Of a DNA stretch of 49,665 nucleotides, positions 16,340 through 26,178 are shown piece after piece. Position 1 is the stretch's first letter. The number at the start of each line of letters is the position of its first letter. The stretch lies in the sequence record OQ417974.1; one strand, 5' to 3'. A program made the translations under genes and the position numbers. The DNA comes from Mycobacterium phage prophiCCUG48898T-1. Below the pieces are notes generated by a model. It searched no databases and was not told the DNA's origin. It saw nothing but the letters and a program-made list of their open reading frames with translations.

Positions 16340-16630
16340 GAATACAACCGCCCCTTTCAGCCGACGCTGACCGCGCCCCTGGGCAGATCATTACACACAG
16401 ATGGTTGCCATGTCGAGAAAACCCCAGCTATTGAGTTAGCCACTTCAGCACGGGCTTGCATCTCCGCTGGTAGACACAGCATGAAGACCCTCGCGCGGTA
16501 CCGCGATCTTGGAGCAACATCGACCATGGGACGCCACGTCTCGGTCGGTGGGTCGGCCCGTGTTCGCCAGATCTCCATCCTCTGGCCGCGAGCTGGCCGT
16601 CATGTCGGACTCTCGGCGTAGAACTGGCGA

Positions 16631-17050
16631 ATGGACGCCCGGAAGGCCATTCGTGAGGTCATCGAGAGCATCCCGAACCTATTCGGGATAACCCGAGGTG
16701 TGACCATCGGCGCCGAAGGCCAGACCGAGACCGTTCTCTACACGCAGGCGCAGGTCGCCGACATCATCGCCTCGATACTGCCCGACGCCCTCAAGACCAA
16801 GGGGCATGTGGTGATCGCACTACCCGAGGTCGAGACCTACGAGTCCGGCCGGCAATACGTGCGAGTATCCATCACCGCACAACCATGGTCTGACGGCGCC
16901 GTTCGCATCAGCCCGCACGGCGACCAGGTGGCCATCCGCAACGTGCCCGACAAGCTGCCCATGCAGGACGCGCCAGCGCTGGCCTCAGCACTCGTGGCCG
17001 CGTACACCCTGTGGCGTCGCGACACGCGAAAACCGATATCGCAGGTCTGA
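16631..17050 (+). CDS. Hypothetical protein (139 aa); first gene after the divergent 16340-16630 intergenic region
   Basis: ORF preceded by a 290-bp non-coding region. Confidence 0.5.
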   Translation: MDARKAIREVIESIPNLFGITRGVTIGAEGQTETVLYTQAQVADIIASILPDALKTKGHVVIALPEVETYESGRQYVRVSITAQPWSDGAVRISPHGDQVAIRNVPDKLPMQDAPALASALVAAYTLWRRDTRKPISQV

Positions 17051-17110
17051 CCTGCACGTATGGCAAAATGAGTCTCAACATGTCGGTGGGACAACTATGT
17101 CCATCGCATG

Positions 17111-17135
17111 AAAACCCCGGCCTAGCTGGGGTTTT
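17111..17135 (+). terminator. Hairpin aaaacccc-ggcctagct-ggggtttt followed by cgtcgtttc; candidate intrinsic terminator
   Basis: 8-bp stem with a T-containing tail. It lies in the 145-bp gap before gene 17196. Confidence 0.45.
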
Positions 17136-17195
17136 CGTCGTTTCAGGGGCGATGTCCATTCCGCCCAATCTCATCCCTTAGCCCGAGGGGGACTC

Positions 17196-17528
17196 ATGAA
17201 GCGCACCATTGCCCGTTGGTATCGCCGCCTTCTGCGCCGCGACAGCTGGACGCCGTTCGACTCGAACGGAAACCTGCGCCCCGAGTTGTTCACTCGCGAG
17301 GGGTGGCAGACGGTTGGGGCGCTCACGGACGAAGCCCGGCGGGACGCGGCGCGCCATAGGTTCGCGGCCGCAGGCAGAGACGCAGGCAAGCTGTTCGCCA
17401 AGTCTTGGCACTCAAAGACCCTTGACGGAATCGCGGGTGCCACGCCGACGATGCCCAACGCGGCGGTATGGGTGCGCGTGCACAAGGCAACGTGGTGGCG
17501 ACGACTACTTCGCAGATTTGGCCGCTGA
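17196..17528 (+). CDS. Basic hypothetical protein (110 aa)
   Basis: Strong RBS GAGGGGGA 6 nt upstream of the ATG. Confidence 0.5.
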   Translation: MKRTIARWYRRLLRRDSWTPFDSNGNLRPELFTREGWQTVGALTDEARRDAARHRFAAAGRDAGKLFAKSWHSKTLDGIAGATPTMPNAAVWVRVHKATWWRRLLRRFGR

Positions 17529-17929
17529 TGGCCAATCAGCTCTTGGTGGATCTGCTCACCCGCACGTTCGCAGCTGGCGCACTACCACATCCCGGCGATG
17601 AGAAGTCGGGCCCGCGGACGATCCCAATTCCCGGCTTCCGCTCCACCGGTATGCCAGAGGCTCAAGCACAGGAAATGATCGGCCAGGCCGCAAAGCTGTG
17701 GGCCGAGGCCCTTGAGTCGGTCATCGATAGCGAATTCGACGTACTCACGAAAGCCGATGCGGCACAGCTGCGCCAGGACGCCGCAGAAGCGCCGGACGGC
17801 ACCCGAATCGTCACGCTGTACGACCGCACCGACCACCAGCGCGCCACACCCTTGTTGGTGCTGACGGTCGGCAAGACCGACGACGTGACGATCGATGCCC
17901 GCCAACTACGAAAGTTCCTAGCCCAATGA
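17527..17929 (+). CDS. Hypothetical protein (start TGATG, overlapping the upstream stop)
   Basis: MANQLLVDLLTRTF...; coupled ORF. Confidence 0.45.
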
Positions 17930-18261
17930 GCAATATCAAGATCACCGTCGACGGCAAGGTACTGATGGACACCGACCCGGGTAAGTGGCATTCCACGCCG
18001 CCGGATATCCCCGACCTCAAGCGCCAATCCGGCGGGCAGGGTTGGGGTCTGGCCGCGATGGTCACTCTCGCGCAGGCGGGCACGCTGGCCGAGCTGGGCC
18101 AGCCCATTGGGGATACCACGATGACCATCACTACCCGCGCCAACGGCTGGACGCTGGATGTGGAGCAGGACGGCAGCGAGCCATCTGTCGCACCCGTCAA
18201 GGTCGCACCCGCTCCTACGGCACCGCCAGCGCACGCTGAGGCCGAGCCGGTGCGATCGTGA
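17926..18261 (+). CDS. Hypothetical protein (111 aa)
   Basis: ATGA overlap. Confidence 0.5.
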   Translation: MSNIKITVDGKVLMDTDPGKWHSTPPDIPDLKRQSGGQGWGLAAMVTLAQAGTLAELGQPIGDTTMTITTRANGWTLDVEQDGSEPSVAPVKVAPAPTAPPAHAEAEPVRS

Positions 18262-18764
18262 GTCCAGCAACGCCCGCAGAGTTCCGGGAGAACGGACGCA
18301 AGCCGTTCCGGGTCACCAGCCGGGGCCGCGTGTACGTCGGTGATGATGAATTTCCTTACCCAATCCGCAAGGGCAGCATCCGAGTTGAGAAGGCCAGTCC
18401 CTCACACAACGCGGTGATTATGACGATCCTGGTCGGCCCCGTCTCCATCGAAGCGAAGTCACCCGAAGCACGGACCATCGTTGTCGCCGAAACCATCCCG
18501 GCCGCAATCAAGCTCGCCAAGTCGCTCGACCTCGACCTGTTTCTGGCGGCCTCCCCGCCGTCCATCCGTAGCGGAGCCTTGCGCGGAATCGCGAACGTCT
18601 CGGCCATCTACATCGACGGTGCCGTACGCAGCAGGGACACCGACGAGCAGACTGCCCTGCTGGCCAGCCTCTCTGGCGCTCCCCTCCACCGGGTCGAGCG
18701 CCAGGGGTTTTCGTCGGATGTGCTGATCATGGATGAGCCCTATGTCGCCGAGGCCCGGCCGTAA
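18258..18764 (+). CDS. Hypothetical protein (168 aa)
   Basis: GTGA overlap. Confidence 0.5.
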   Translation: MSPATPAEFRENGRKPFRVTSRGRVYVGDDEFPYPIRKGSIRVEKASPSHNAVIMTILVGPVSIEAKSPEARTIVVAETIPAAIKLAKSLDLDLFLAASPPSIRSGALRGIANVSAIYIDGAVRSRDTDEQTALLASLSGAPLHRVERQGFSSDVLIMDEPYVAEARP

Positions 18765-19134
18765 GGCCAGCACCACCGATCGCGGTCTGGGCTGGAAACA
18801 CCAACAGCAAGCCGAAGGGCTGTTGCGCCGTCACGTCGACGGCACACTGTGCTGGTGGTGTGGCCTACCGATGTTCAAAGCGCCCTTGCTGGAGCGCAAC
18901 TGGGACCGCAAGCAACTGGCCGCAGACCATAGTCAGGCTCGGGCATTCGGCGGACGGCGCGCCGATCGCCTACTGCACGGCATCTGCAACAGCCAGCGCC
19001 AAGACGGCAGGCACGACGCCCACCGGCCCGTGGTGCTCGACGTTCATCCATCCGAGTGGTCCGGCGCCCTTGCGGCACTGGGTATCACCACCGCGCCCGT
19101 CATCACTGCCGACAACCTGGCGATGGACTGGTGA
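18733..19134 (+). CDS. HNH endonuclease (terminase-associated type)
   Basis: LCWWCGLPM ... LAADHSQARAFGG ... LLHGICNSQRQ. It lies two genes upstream of the terminase, as in cos-phage HNH genes. Confidence 0.65.
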   Translation: MSPMSPRPGRKASTTDRGLGWKHQQQAEGLLRRHVDGTLCWWCGLPMFKAPLLERNWDRKQLAADHSQARAFGGRRADRLLHGICNSQRQDGRHDAHRPVVLDVHPSEWSGALAALGITTAPVITADNLAMDW

Positions 19135-19583
19135 CCCTGTACCTGGTGACCGGCCCGCCTGCGGCCGGCAAGTCCACATGGGTGCGACAGCACGCTAAGC
19201 ATGGCGACATCACGATCGACTACGACGCCATCGCTTCGGTGCTCACGCCCGCGGGCGGAGACCCGCACGACCCGCCGCAGCACGTCCGCTCGGTCACCAA
19301 GGCTGCACGGCTGGCCGCGATCGATACGGCGCTGACGTTCGCGGGTCAGTGCGATGTGTACCTGATCCACTCCATGCCCGGCGAGGGCCTGCTCGCGCGC
19401 TACCGATCCGCTGGTGCGCAGGTCATCACCATCGACCCTGGTCAGAGCGTGGTCATGGCCCGATGCAAAGCCGAGCGACCGTGGCGCATGGCGCAGGCAG
19501 CAAAGCGGTGGTACGCCGACCAGTCGCACAGCAAACATCCCGACCCCGCCAGCAAACACGACGGAGGTGTGATGTCGTGGTGA
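19131..19583 (+). CDS. P-loop NTPase / kinase-like protein (Walker A GPPAAGKST)
   Basis: VTLYLVTGPPAAGKSTWV; GTG start overlaps the HNH stop. Confidence 0.55.
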   Translation: MTLYLVTGPPAAGKSTWVRQHAKHGDITIDYDAIASVLTPAGGDPHDPPQHVRSVTKAARLAAIDTALTFAGQCDVYLIHSMPGEGLLARYRSAGAQVITIDPGQSVVMARCKAERPWRMAQAAKRWYADQSHSKHPDPASKHDGGVMSW

Positions 19584-19696
19584 TCGCCAGCCGATGGACC
19601 GAAAAGCCCCTGACCAGCACCGATGCACACGCCCGAAAGGGTCATAACCGCAGGTCAAAGCCCCTCCCCCTGAAATTATCCGGGTGGGGGGCCTTC

Positions 19697-19730
19697 CTGA
19701 CCCCCGGAGGCTCCCGTCAGGTTTTTTTTG
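19697..19730 (+). terminator. Rho-independent terminator: stem cctgac...gtcagg followed by T8
   Basis: ccttcctgacccccggaggctcccgtcaggtttttttt. It separates the early/middle genes from the terminase operon. Confidence 0.6.
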
Positions 19731-19743
19731 AACGCGGCGAGCG

Positions 19744-20145
19744 ATGACAGCAGCCACGAAACCGGCAAAGGTCACCGCTAACTCAGCAAAGACTCCAGCT
19801 AAGCGGGCAACGCGTCGGCAACCGGCCTCCGAGAAGACAGTCGGCCAGCGACTCATCGAAGAGTTGTCACAACCCGACGACCCCTACCCCTTGCGGCTCA
19901 TCATCGAGCAGGCCGGATACGCCGCCGACTACCTCGCCCGGCTCAACGCTCTACTGGACGGCGACCGCGACTGCTGGCTACAGCTCAAGATCGGCGCCAA
20001 GACCGTCGAAGTGGTGGTTAACAACGTGCTGGTGCAGCAGCGCCAGCAGGCCGAGCAGATGCGCAAGCTGATCACCGAGGTCTATCGCCAGCGCGCCGCA
20101 CTGCCGGATGATCCCGATGACGACGACGTGCTCGCCGGTATCTGA
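19744..20145 (+). CDS. Terminase small subunit (putative)
   Basis: 133-aa protein with a basic N-terminus and an acidic C-terminus, directly upstream of the large terminase and overlapping it. Confidence 0.5.
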   Translation: MTAATKPAKVTANSAKTPAKRATRRQPASEKTVGQRLIEELSQPDDPYPLRLIIEQAGYAADYLARLNALLDGDRDCWLQLKIGAKTVEVVVNNVLVQQRQQAEQMRKLITEVYRQRAALPDDPDDDDVLAGI

Positions 20146-21706
20146 CCTGGCACCGCGTGAGTGGCCAGAGTTCATCGGCTTGTGGCCACGCCTGAAGGGC
20201 AGTCAGACACCACGATTCGAGTCCCGACACCCCGGCGATGAATCATGGGGCGACCGGGCGGCGCGCTTGGGATCGCGAATTGGCGTGCGCTGCATGCCCT
20301 GGCAGTGGCTCACCTTACGCGCGGTGCTCTCGCTACAGGAGCCCAACGAGTGGGGCGATCGCGTCTGGACGCACCGCGACGTGTGCATCGAGTGCCCACG
20401 TCAGAACGGTAAGACCCTGATCGTGGTGCTACGCATCATCTTCGGGATGCTGGTGCTCGGGGAGAAAATCGCCTACACCGCCCAGGAATGGGAGACGGCC
20501 AAGGACGTATTCGGCCGCTGCGTCGATGTCATCGACCGCATCCCGTCTCTCAAGAAACGCCTACGCTCCGAGCCAACTTCGGCGGGCAACCGCGGGCTGA
20601 TCAAGCTCGGCAACGGCGAGGCCAAGTTCGGGCCGCGCACCGCCAAGTTCGGTCGCGGTCTTACCGAAGTGGATCTGCTGATACTCGACGAGGCCTACGA
20701 CCTCACCGCGCAAGCCGAAGCGAGCTTGACCGGCGCGACCCGCGCCTCGACCAAGGCGACCGGGCCGCAGATCTGGTACGTCTCAACACCTCCGGTGGCC
20801 TCGGTACACCCCAACTGCCAGATCCTCACCGGGATGCACAACCTGGGCCACAAGCGGTCCCCGGATCTGTACTACGCCCTATATGCGGTACCCGAGGGCA
20901 CCGAGCTCGGCGATATCGACGCATACCGCCTGGCGCACCCCTCCCTGGGTGTCGTCGGCGATGAGCACGAGCTCGAAGCCAAACGGCGCAAGGCCCGCAC
21001 CGCCGAACAGCGGGCGATCTTCACCGCCGACTACCTCGGGATCGGCGACTACCCGCCCGACGAGGACGAGGTTGGCTCGCCGATCCCGAACTGGAGCGAC
21101 ATGGCGAACGCCGACGCGAAGCTCACGGGAGCCCGCACCATCGCGGTGCGGCGATCCTGGAACCGTCAGGTGTGGTCAATCAGCGCCGCGCAGATGGCCG
21201 AAGACGGCAACATCCATGTCGAGGTGGCACCGCTGCGCACCGGTACGCACTCCGAGATCGCCGAGTATCTGGTCGCCAAGGTCACCGCGTGGAATCCGGT
21301 GGCGCTGGTGATCGACCGTAAGAACACCGCGCAGGTACTTGAACCGCTGCTCATCGCCGCCGGTATCGAGCCGCTGATGATCGGCACGTCCGAGATCGCG
21401 CAGTCCTGTAGCGGTTTCCTGGCAGACGCCGATGCCGTCAAGTTGTCGCACAGCGATCAAACAGTGCTCAACGACGAGGTGGCCACCGCCAGCATGCGCG
21501 AGCTGCCGGGCGGCGATTTCGTCTGGGCCGAGGAACCCAACGGCGCAGGCATGCCGCTGATGAACGTGTCCATGGCGCACTGGGCCCTTCGCAAGTACGG
21601 AACCAAGGCGCCCGCCAAGACCGTCAGCGCCCGCACCGGGGCCGCACGAGAGCACCAATCACACCGGCATAGCGCCGATTTCGACGCGATGAGCGCCGCA
21701 TTCTGA
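20108..21706 (+). CDS. Terminase large subunit
   Basis: Walker A ECPRQNGKT and Walker B DLLILDEAYD; the C-terminal nuclease region is of typical size. Confidence 0.85.
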   Translation: MIPMTTTCSPVSDLAPREWPEFIGLWPRLKGSQTPRFESRHPGDESWGDRAARLGSRIGVRCMPWQWLTLRAVLSLQEPNEWGDRVWTHRDVCIECPRQNGKTLIVVLRIIFGMLVLGEKIAYTAQEWETAKDVFGRCVDVIDRIPSLKKRLRSEPTSAGNRGLIKLGNGEAKFGPRTAKFGRGLTEVDLLILDEAYDLTAQAEASLTGATRASTKATGPQIWYVSTPPVASVHPNCQILTGMHNLGHKRSPDLYYALYAVPEGTELGDIDAYRLAHPSLGVVGDEHELEAKRRKARTAEQRAIFTADYLGIGDYPPDEDEVGSPIPNWSDMANADAKLTGARTIAVRRSWNRQVWSISAAQMAEDGNIHVEVAPLRTGTHSEIAEYLVAKVTAWNPVALVIDRKNTAQVLEPLLIAAGIEPLMIGTSEIAQSCSGFLADADAVKLSHSDQTVLNDEVATASMRELPGGDFVWAEEPNGAGMPLMNVSMAHWALRKYGTKAPAKTVSARTGAAREHQSHRHSADFDAMSAAF

Positions 21707-21720
21707 GAAAGGGGGCGAGC

Positions 21721-23169
21721 ATGGCCGATCAGCAGGCACCGAAGAAGACCGCCGCCCCGCGTACCGAACAGGGGTACGTGCTCAGCTCGGCCGGCGCGAC
21801 CGGCTGGGGTGGACCTATCGATCAGTTCGAGCAGACTGCCGACCTGATTTGGCCGCTGTCGGTGTGGACCTACACGCGCATGGTCCGCGAGGACGCCCGA
21901 ATCTCGTCGGTGCTGCGGGCAATTGGGCTGCCCATTCGCCGCACCGCGTGGCGTATCCGGCAGAACGGCGCCAGCGATGAGGTCACCGAATTCATCGCCC
22001 GCAATCTGGGTCTGCCCATCGAGGGTGCCGCCGACGAGGACGAACCCCAGGCGCGGTCCCGTGGCCGGTTCTCCTGGGACAAACACTTGCAGCAGGCCCT
22101 TATGGCATTGCGGTACGGGCACTCGGTATTTGAGCAGGTCTACCGTCTCGAAGGCGAGGGCGCCAACGTACGCGCCGTGCTGCGCAAGCTCGCCCCGCGT
22201 CCCCAGGTGACCATCGCCAAGTGGAACGTCGACCGCGACGGCGGTCTGATCTCGATCGAGCAACACCCCTCCAGCGGGTTCACCATGACATCGAGCGGAG
22301 TGGCGATACCCGCTGGCGGGCCGCTGGATTCGACCATTCCCATCAACCGGCTGGTCGTGTATGCGTACGAGCCCGATCCGGGTGTGTGGATCGGCAACAG
22401 CCTGCTGCGGCCTGCCTACAAGCACTGGAAGCTCAAAGACGAGCTGATGCGCATCGAGGCCGCCGCAGCACGCCGCCATGGCATCGGCGTCCCGTGGATC
22501 AAGGGCAACGAGAACGACTCTCAGGACGAAGAGCGCATGGACGCGCTGCTCGATGTCGCCTCTAAGTACAGCGGTGGCGAGTCGTCCGGCCTGGCCCTGG
22601 CTGAGGGCCAAGAGGCCGGGATCATGTCGCCATCGGGCACCCCGATGGACCCGCGCCGTGCGATCGAGTACCACGACCACCAGATGGCCCTGGTTGCGTT
22701 GGCGCACTTCCTGAATCTGGATGGCAAGGGCGGCTCGTACGCGCTGGCCAGTGTGCAAGCCGACACGTTCGTGCAGTCGGTCCAGACGGTCGCCGAAGAC
22801 ATCCGCAACACCGCACAGGCGCACATCGTCGAGGATCTGGTCGACCTCAATTTCGGCGAGGACGAACCGGCGCCGCTGCTGGTGTTCGATGAGATCGGTT
22901 CGCGCCAGGACGCTACCGCCGCGGCACTGCAAATGCTGGTCAACGCAGGACTGTTGACACCCGACGCCCGTCTTGAGGCCTTCATCCGCTCGGCCACTGG
23001 CCTACCCGGTCCCGATCCCAACGCGCCCGAGGCCGAACCGGAGCCCGACGACGAATCCGCCGCCGCGCCCCGCAACAGCGGAGGGCCGGTGCGTGTGCGC
23101 ACCCATACCCGAGCGCGCCCCGGTGGCGCCAGCACGGCCACGAGGAACGGAGACCCGACGCTGTGGTGA
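21721..23169 (+). CDS. Portal protein
   Basis: 482 aa, located between the terminase and the prohead protease. Acidic C-terminal tail. Confidence 0.7.
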   Translation: MADQQAPKKTAAPRTEQGYVLSSAGATGWGGPIDQFEQTADLIWPLSVWTYTRMVREDARISSVLRAIGLPIRRTAWRIRQNGASDEVTEFIARNLGLPIEGAADEDEPQARSRGRFSWDKHLQQALMALRYGHSVFEQVYRLEGEGANVRAVLRKLAPRPQVTIAKWNVDRDGGLISIEQHPSSGFTMTSSGVAIPAGGPLDSTIPINRLVVYAYEPDPGVWIGNSLLRPAYKHWKLKDELMRIEAAAARRHGIGVPWIKGNENDSQDEERMDALLDVASKYSGGESSGLALAEGQEAGIMSPSGTPMDPRRAIEYHDHQMALVALAHFLNLDGKGGSYALASVQADTFVQSVQTVAEDIRNTAQAHIVEDLVDLNFGEDEPAPLLVFDEIGSRQDATAAALQMLVNAGLLTPDARLEAFIRSATGLPGPDPNAPEAEPEPDDESAAAPRNSGGPVRVRTHTRARPGGASTATRNGDPTLW

Positions 23170-24416
23170 CCAAGAATCGCACGGCGGGCCAACGCCCCCC
23201 GTGGTACAGCATCCGCAATGCCGCCAAGACCGATGACGGCCCGGCCGAGCTGCTGATCTACGACGAAATCGATTCGTGGTACGGCATTTCCGCCGAACAG
23301 TTCGCCCGCGACCTGAGCGCGATCGACAACGATGCCATCACGGTGCGCATCAACAGCCCCGGCGGCTCGGTGTTCGACGGCATCGCCATTCTCAACGCGC
23401 TACGTGATCACCCCGCCACGGTGACCGTCGTGGTCGACAGCCTCGCGGCCTCGATCGCCTCGGTGATCGCGATGGCCGGCGATGAGATCGTGATGAACCG
23501 CAACAGCCAGATGATGGTGCACAACGCCTGGGCGGCGTGCGTCGGAGATGCCCGCGCCATGGAGAAGAGCGCGGCGCGACTGGCCCAGCACAACAGCAAC
23601 ATTGCGCAGATCTACGCCGACCGGGCAGGGGGCACCGTCGAGGACTGGCTCGACGTGATGGCTGAGGAAACCTGGCTGCTCGCCGACGAAGCGGTCGAGG
23701 CCGGTTTGGCCGATCGTGTCGTCGAGCTACCCGAGCCTGACTCCAAGTCGGCTGCCGCGCGTGCATCGGTGTTCGATCTGTCGGCGTTCCGCTATGCCGG
23801 ACGCCAGTCCGCGCCTGCACCACGAATTCCGCTGGTGCACAACAAGACCCCTCGGCCCGAGAAGGGCGAGGTCAACAGAGGAAAGGAGCCCATTGTGGCA
23901 ACCCTGAATGAGGGCCTCGCCAAGCTGCTCGGTATCGATGCCGACGCCGACGACGAGACCATTTTGTCTGCTGCCGCCGAAGCGCTCGAAGAGCGTGCTG
24001 ACGACGGCCAGGAGAGTGACGAAACCCCGTCCGCTGCACCGACTTTGGAGCAGGCCACGGCGGCGCTCGCCAAGGCCGGTATGACGGTCGTCGAACGGGC
24101 CCAGTACGAGGCCACCGTCGCGGCCGCGCAGGCGGGCGCCGAGGCGCGCGCACAGCAGTTGCGCGAGGGTGACGAGCGTGTGGTCGATCAGGCCATCGCT
24201 GACGGCAAGGTCGCCCCGGCGCGTCGCGAGCACCACTTGCAGGCGCTCGCCGCCGACCGCGAGGGCCACACCGCCGTGCTGGCCGCGCTGGCACCCGGGG
24301 TGGTCCCTCTCGCCGAGACGGGGCATTCGACGCAGCCCGCAGACGGTCCGGTGCCCAATGACCTGAGCTGGTTTGACTCCGCGCCCACCGCGCCGAGTTC
24401 GGAAGGGAAGGAATAG
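23163..24416 (+). CDS. Capsid maturation protease (ClpP/S14-like) fused to an Ala/Glu-rich scaffold-like C-terminal domain
   Basis: INSPGGSVFDG ... AASIASVIAMAGD, a ClpP-type serine protease core, followed by a charged helical C-terminus. Confidence 0.75.
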   Translation: MVTKNRTAGQRPPWYSIRNAAKTDDGPAELLIYDEIDSWYGISAEQFARDLSAIDNDAITVRINSPGGSVFDGIAILNALRDHPATVTVVVDSLAASIASVIAMAGDEIVMNRNSQMMVHNAWAACVGDARAMEKSAARLAQHNSNIAQIYADRAGGTVEDWLDVMAEETWLLADEAVEAGLADRVVELPEPDSKSAAARASVFDLSAFRYAGRQSAPAPRIPLVHNKTPRPEKGEVNRGKEPIVATLNEGLAKLLGIDADADDETILSAAAEALEERADDGQESDETPSAAPTLEQATAALAKAGMTVVERAQYEATVAAAQAGAEARAQQLREGDERVVDQAIADGKVAPARREHHLQALAADREGHTAVLAALAPGVVPLAETGHSTQPADGPVPNDLSWFDSAPTAPSSEGKE

Positions 24417-24419
24417 ATC

Positions 24420-24797
24420 ATGACCAACGAGAACGTGGGCGTCTACGAGCCCGGCCGCGACATCACCGGCCGCGCCACAGCTGCCGTCACCGGTAAGCGG
24501 TTCCTCAAGATCAGCGGCAACCGCACCGCCACCGGCAACATCGCCGTGGCGCCTGCTGATGCGGCGGGCCGGGTGTGCGGCGTCTCCAAGTACGACGCGG
24601 CCAGCGGCGACATTGTTGGTGTGGCGCGGGGCAATTCGCGTGTCACCTACGTGACCGCCGACGGCGCGCTCGCCGCATTCGATGAGGTCGAGGTCGGCAC
24701 GGCCGGCAAGGCCAAGAAGTTCGCCAGCGGCGTCGCCGTCGGCTACGCACTGTCCGCGGCCGCCGATGGCGCCGACGCCGAGATCAGCCTCTACTAG
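24420..24797 (+). CDS. Small head-associated protein (possibly DUF2190 / decoration-type)
   Basis: 125 aa, between the scaffold and the major capsid gene. Confidence 0.45.
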   Translation: MTNENVGVYEPGRDITGRATAAVTGKRFLKISGNRTATGNIAVAPADAAGRVCGVSKYDAASGDIVGVARGNSRVTYVTADGALAAFDEVEVGTAGKAKKFASGVAVGYALSAAADGADAEISLY

Positions 24798-24813
24798 GAA
24801 AGGGCTACCCACC

Positions 24814-25725
24814 ATGACAACATCTCCCGTCGCGTACCCGCTGGGTGCGCCGGTCATCAATGACAACAAGATCTCGGTCGACCTGGCATATAAGCAGCCC
24901 GGCCGGATCACCAAGCGGCTCTCGGACCTGACGCTGCAGAAGTTCATTGCCCCGGAACTGTTTTCGTCCTCGGGGGCGAGCACCACAGCCGGGGCGATCA
25001 TCTACGACGTGATCCGCATCAACGAGCTGTACACCAAGAACGATGTGGAACAGCGCGGCCCGTCCGATGAGTACACGATCGTGCAGGGTGAGCGCACGCA
25101 GCCCGAGGTCGCCAAGTCCGAGGACTGGGGTGGCAAGTTCTGGATGTCCGATGAGGCGATCCGGCGCAACGACCGCGCCCAGATGGACCGCCTGACCACA
25201 CAGCTGGCGAACACGCTGGTGCGCAAGATCAATCAGCGCACCGTGGCCGTGCTGGAGGCCGTTATCGCCAGTCTCGGCGGCGCGGGTGTCATCCCCGGAC
25301 ACGACTGGGGCAACGTCACCCTGACCGGCAACAACCCGACCCCGAACAACGCCCGGCCATTCGCCGACATCATCGCCGCGCAGCTGGCCGCCGATGTCGA
25401 GGAATTGGGCTACGTCTACAACGTGTGGGTCGTCAACCCCGTGCAGTACGCGGACCTGCGCATCGCCTACGGACCGGACTTGCCGCAGATCCTGGCCGAC
25501 GCCGATATCTCGATGTTCCGGTCCAACCGCGTCGCCAATGGCAGCGCCTACGCGGGTGTACGCGGCGGTGTCGGGTTCCTGGACTACGAGCAGATGCTCT
25601 CGACCGAGACCTGGCGCGAGCCCAAGACCAAGCAGAACTGGGTCCAGTCTTCGGTGCTGCCGATCATGGGCGTCACTGACCCGTACGCGGTCAAGAAGGT
25701 GACCGGATTGAAGGGCGCCCCGTAA
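24814..25725 (+). CDS. Major capsid protein (HK97-fold type, putative)
   Basis: 303 aa. RBS AGGAAAGGG precedes ATG 24814. Its position follows the protease/scaffold gene. Confidence 0.65.
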   Translation: MTTSPVAYPLGAPVINDNKISVDLAYKQPGRITKRLSDLTLQKFIAPELFSSSGASTTAGAIIYDVIRINELYTKNDVEQRGPSDEYTIVQGERTQPEVAKSEDWGGKFWMSDEAIRRNDRAQMDRLTTQLANTLVRKINQRTVAVLEAVIASLGGAGVIPGHDWGNVTLTGNNPTPNNARPFADIIAAQLAADVEELGYVYNVWVVNPVQYADLRIAYGPDLPQILADADISMFRSNRVANGSAYAGVRGGVGFLDYEQMLSTETWREPKTKQNWVQSSVLPIMGVTDPYAVKKVTGLKGAP

Positions 25726-26174
25726 TGCCCGAGGTCACAGAACATCGGGTGACTGCGGCGACATGGGAATACCTCACGCCCGCAGGCACTCGGCGGCGCG
25801 CGTTTTTCGGCGAGCTCGTCACGCTCACCGACGAAGAGGTCCAGCGCGGCCTCGCCGTCGGTGCACTCGGCGCCCAGCTGCCGGCCGAATCGACCGATCC
25901 CGAAAGCGACTCGGCCGAGGCGGATGCCACCGATGACGGCGACACCGACAGCGGCGACGGTGGGGATGGCGATCCCAGCTCCACCGCAGGCGATTCCGGT
26001 AGCCCGAGCCAGACCACCGGTACCGAAGGTGATGCGCCCCGTAAGAAGCCGCTCAAGGCCGCGACCAAGGCCGTCCTGGTCGACTGGCTGATGGCCAACG
26101 GCACGTATGACCGTGACGAGCTGGAGGCACAGGAGAAGGACGACCTGTGGGCGCTGATCGAGGCCACGGACTAG
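25725..26174 (+). CDS. Hypothetical head protein with an acidic low-complexity centre
   Basis: ATGA overlap; central DDGDTDSGDGGDGD stretch. Confidence 0.45.
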   Translation: MPEVTEHRVTAATWEYLTPAGTRRRAFFGELVTLTDEEVQRGLAVGALGAQLPAESTDPESDSAEADATDDGDTDSGDGGDGDPSSTAGDSGSPSQTTGTEGDAPRKKPLKAATKAVLVDWLMANGTYDRDELEAQEKDDLWALIEATD

Positions 26175-26178
26175 TTTC

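Noticed and set aside
16509-16691. 60-aa ORF in the divergent intergenic region
   Set aside because: It has an Arg/Ser-rich composition and overlaps the start of gene 16631 in another frame. It is more likely promoter/leader sequence.
17041-17055. 15-bp perfect palindrome gcaggtctgacctgc at the stop codon of gene 16631..17050, plus two atgtccat copies nearby
   Set aside because: About 3 such palindromes are expected by chance in 50 kb. No further copies were noticed. It is kept only as a weak operator/terminator candidate.
21457-22932. 491-aa minus-strand ORF antisense to the portal gene; similar long antisense ORFs at 23727..25001, 33993..34832, 5756..6352, 2666..3214 and 10017..10763
   Set aside because: High-GC DNA produces long stop-free antisense frames. 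These overlap well-supported structural or early genes, have Arg/Gly/Ala-biased composition, and have no RBS or synteny support.
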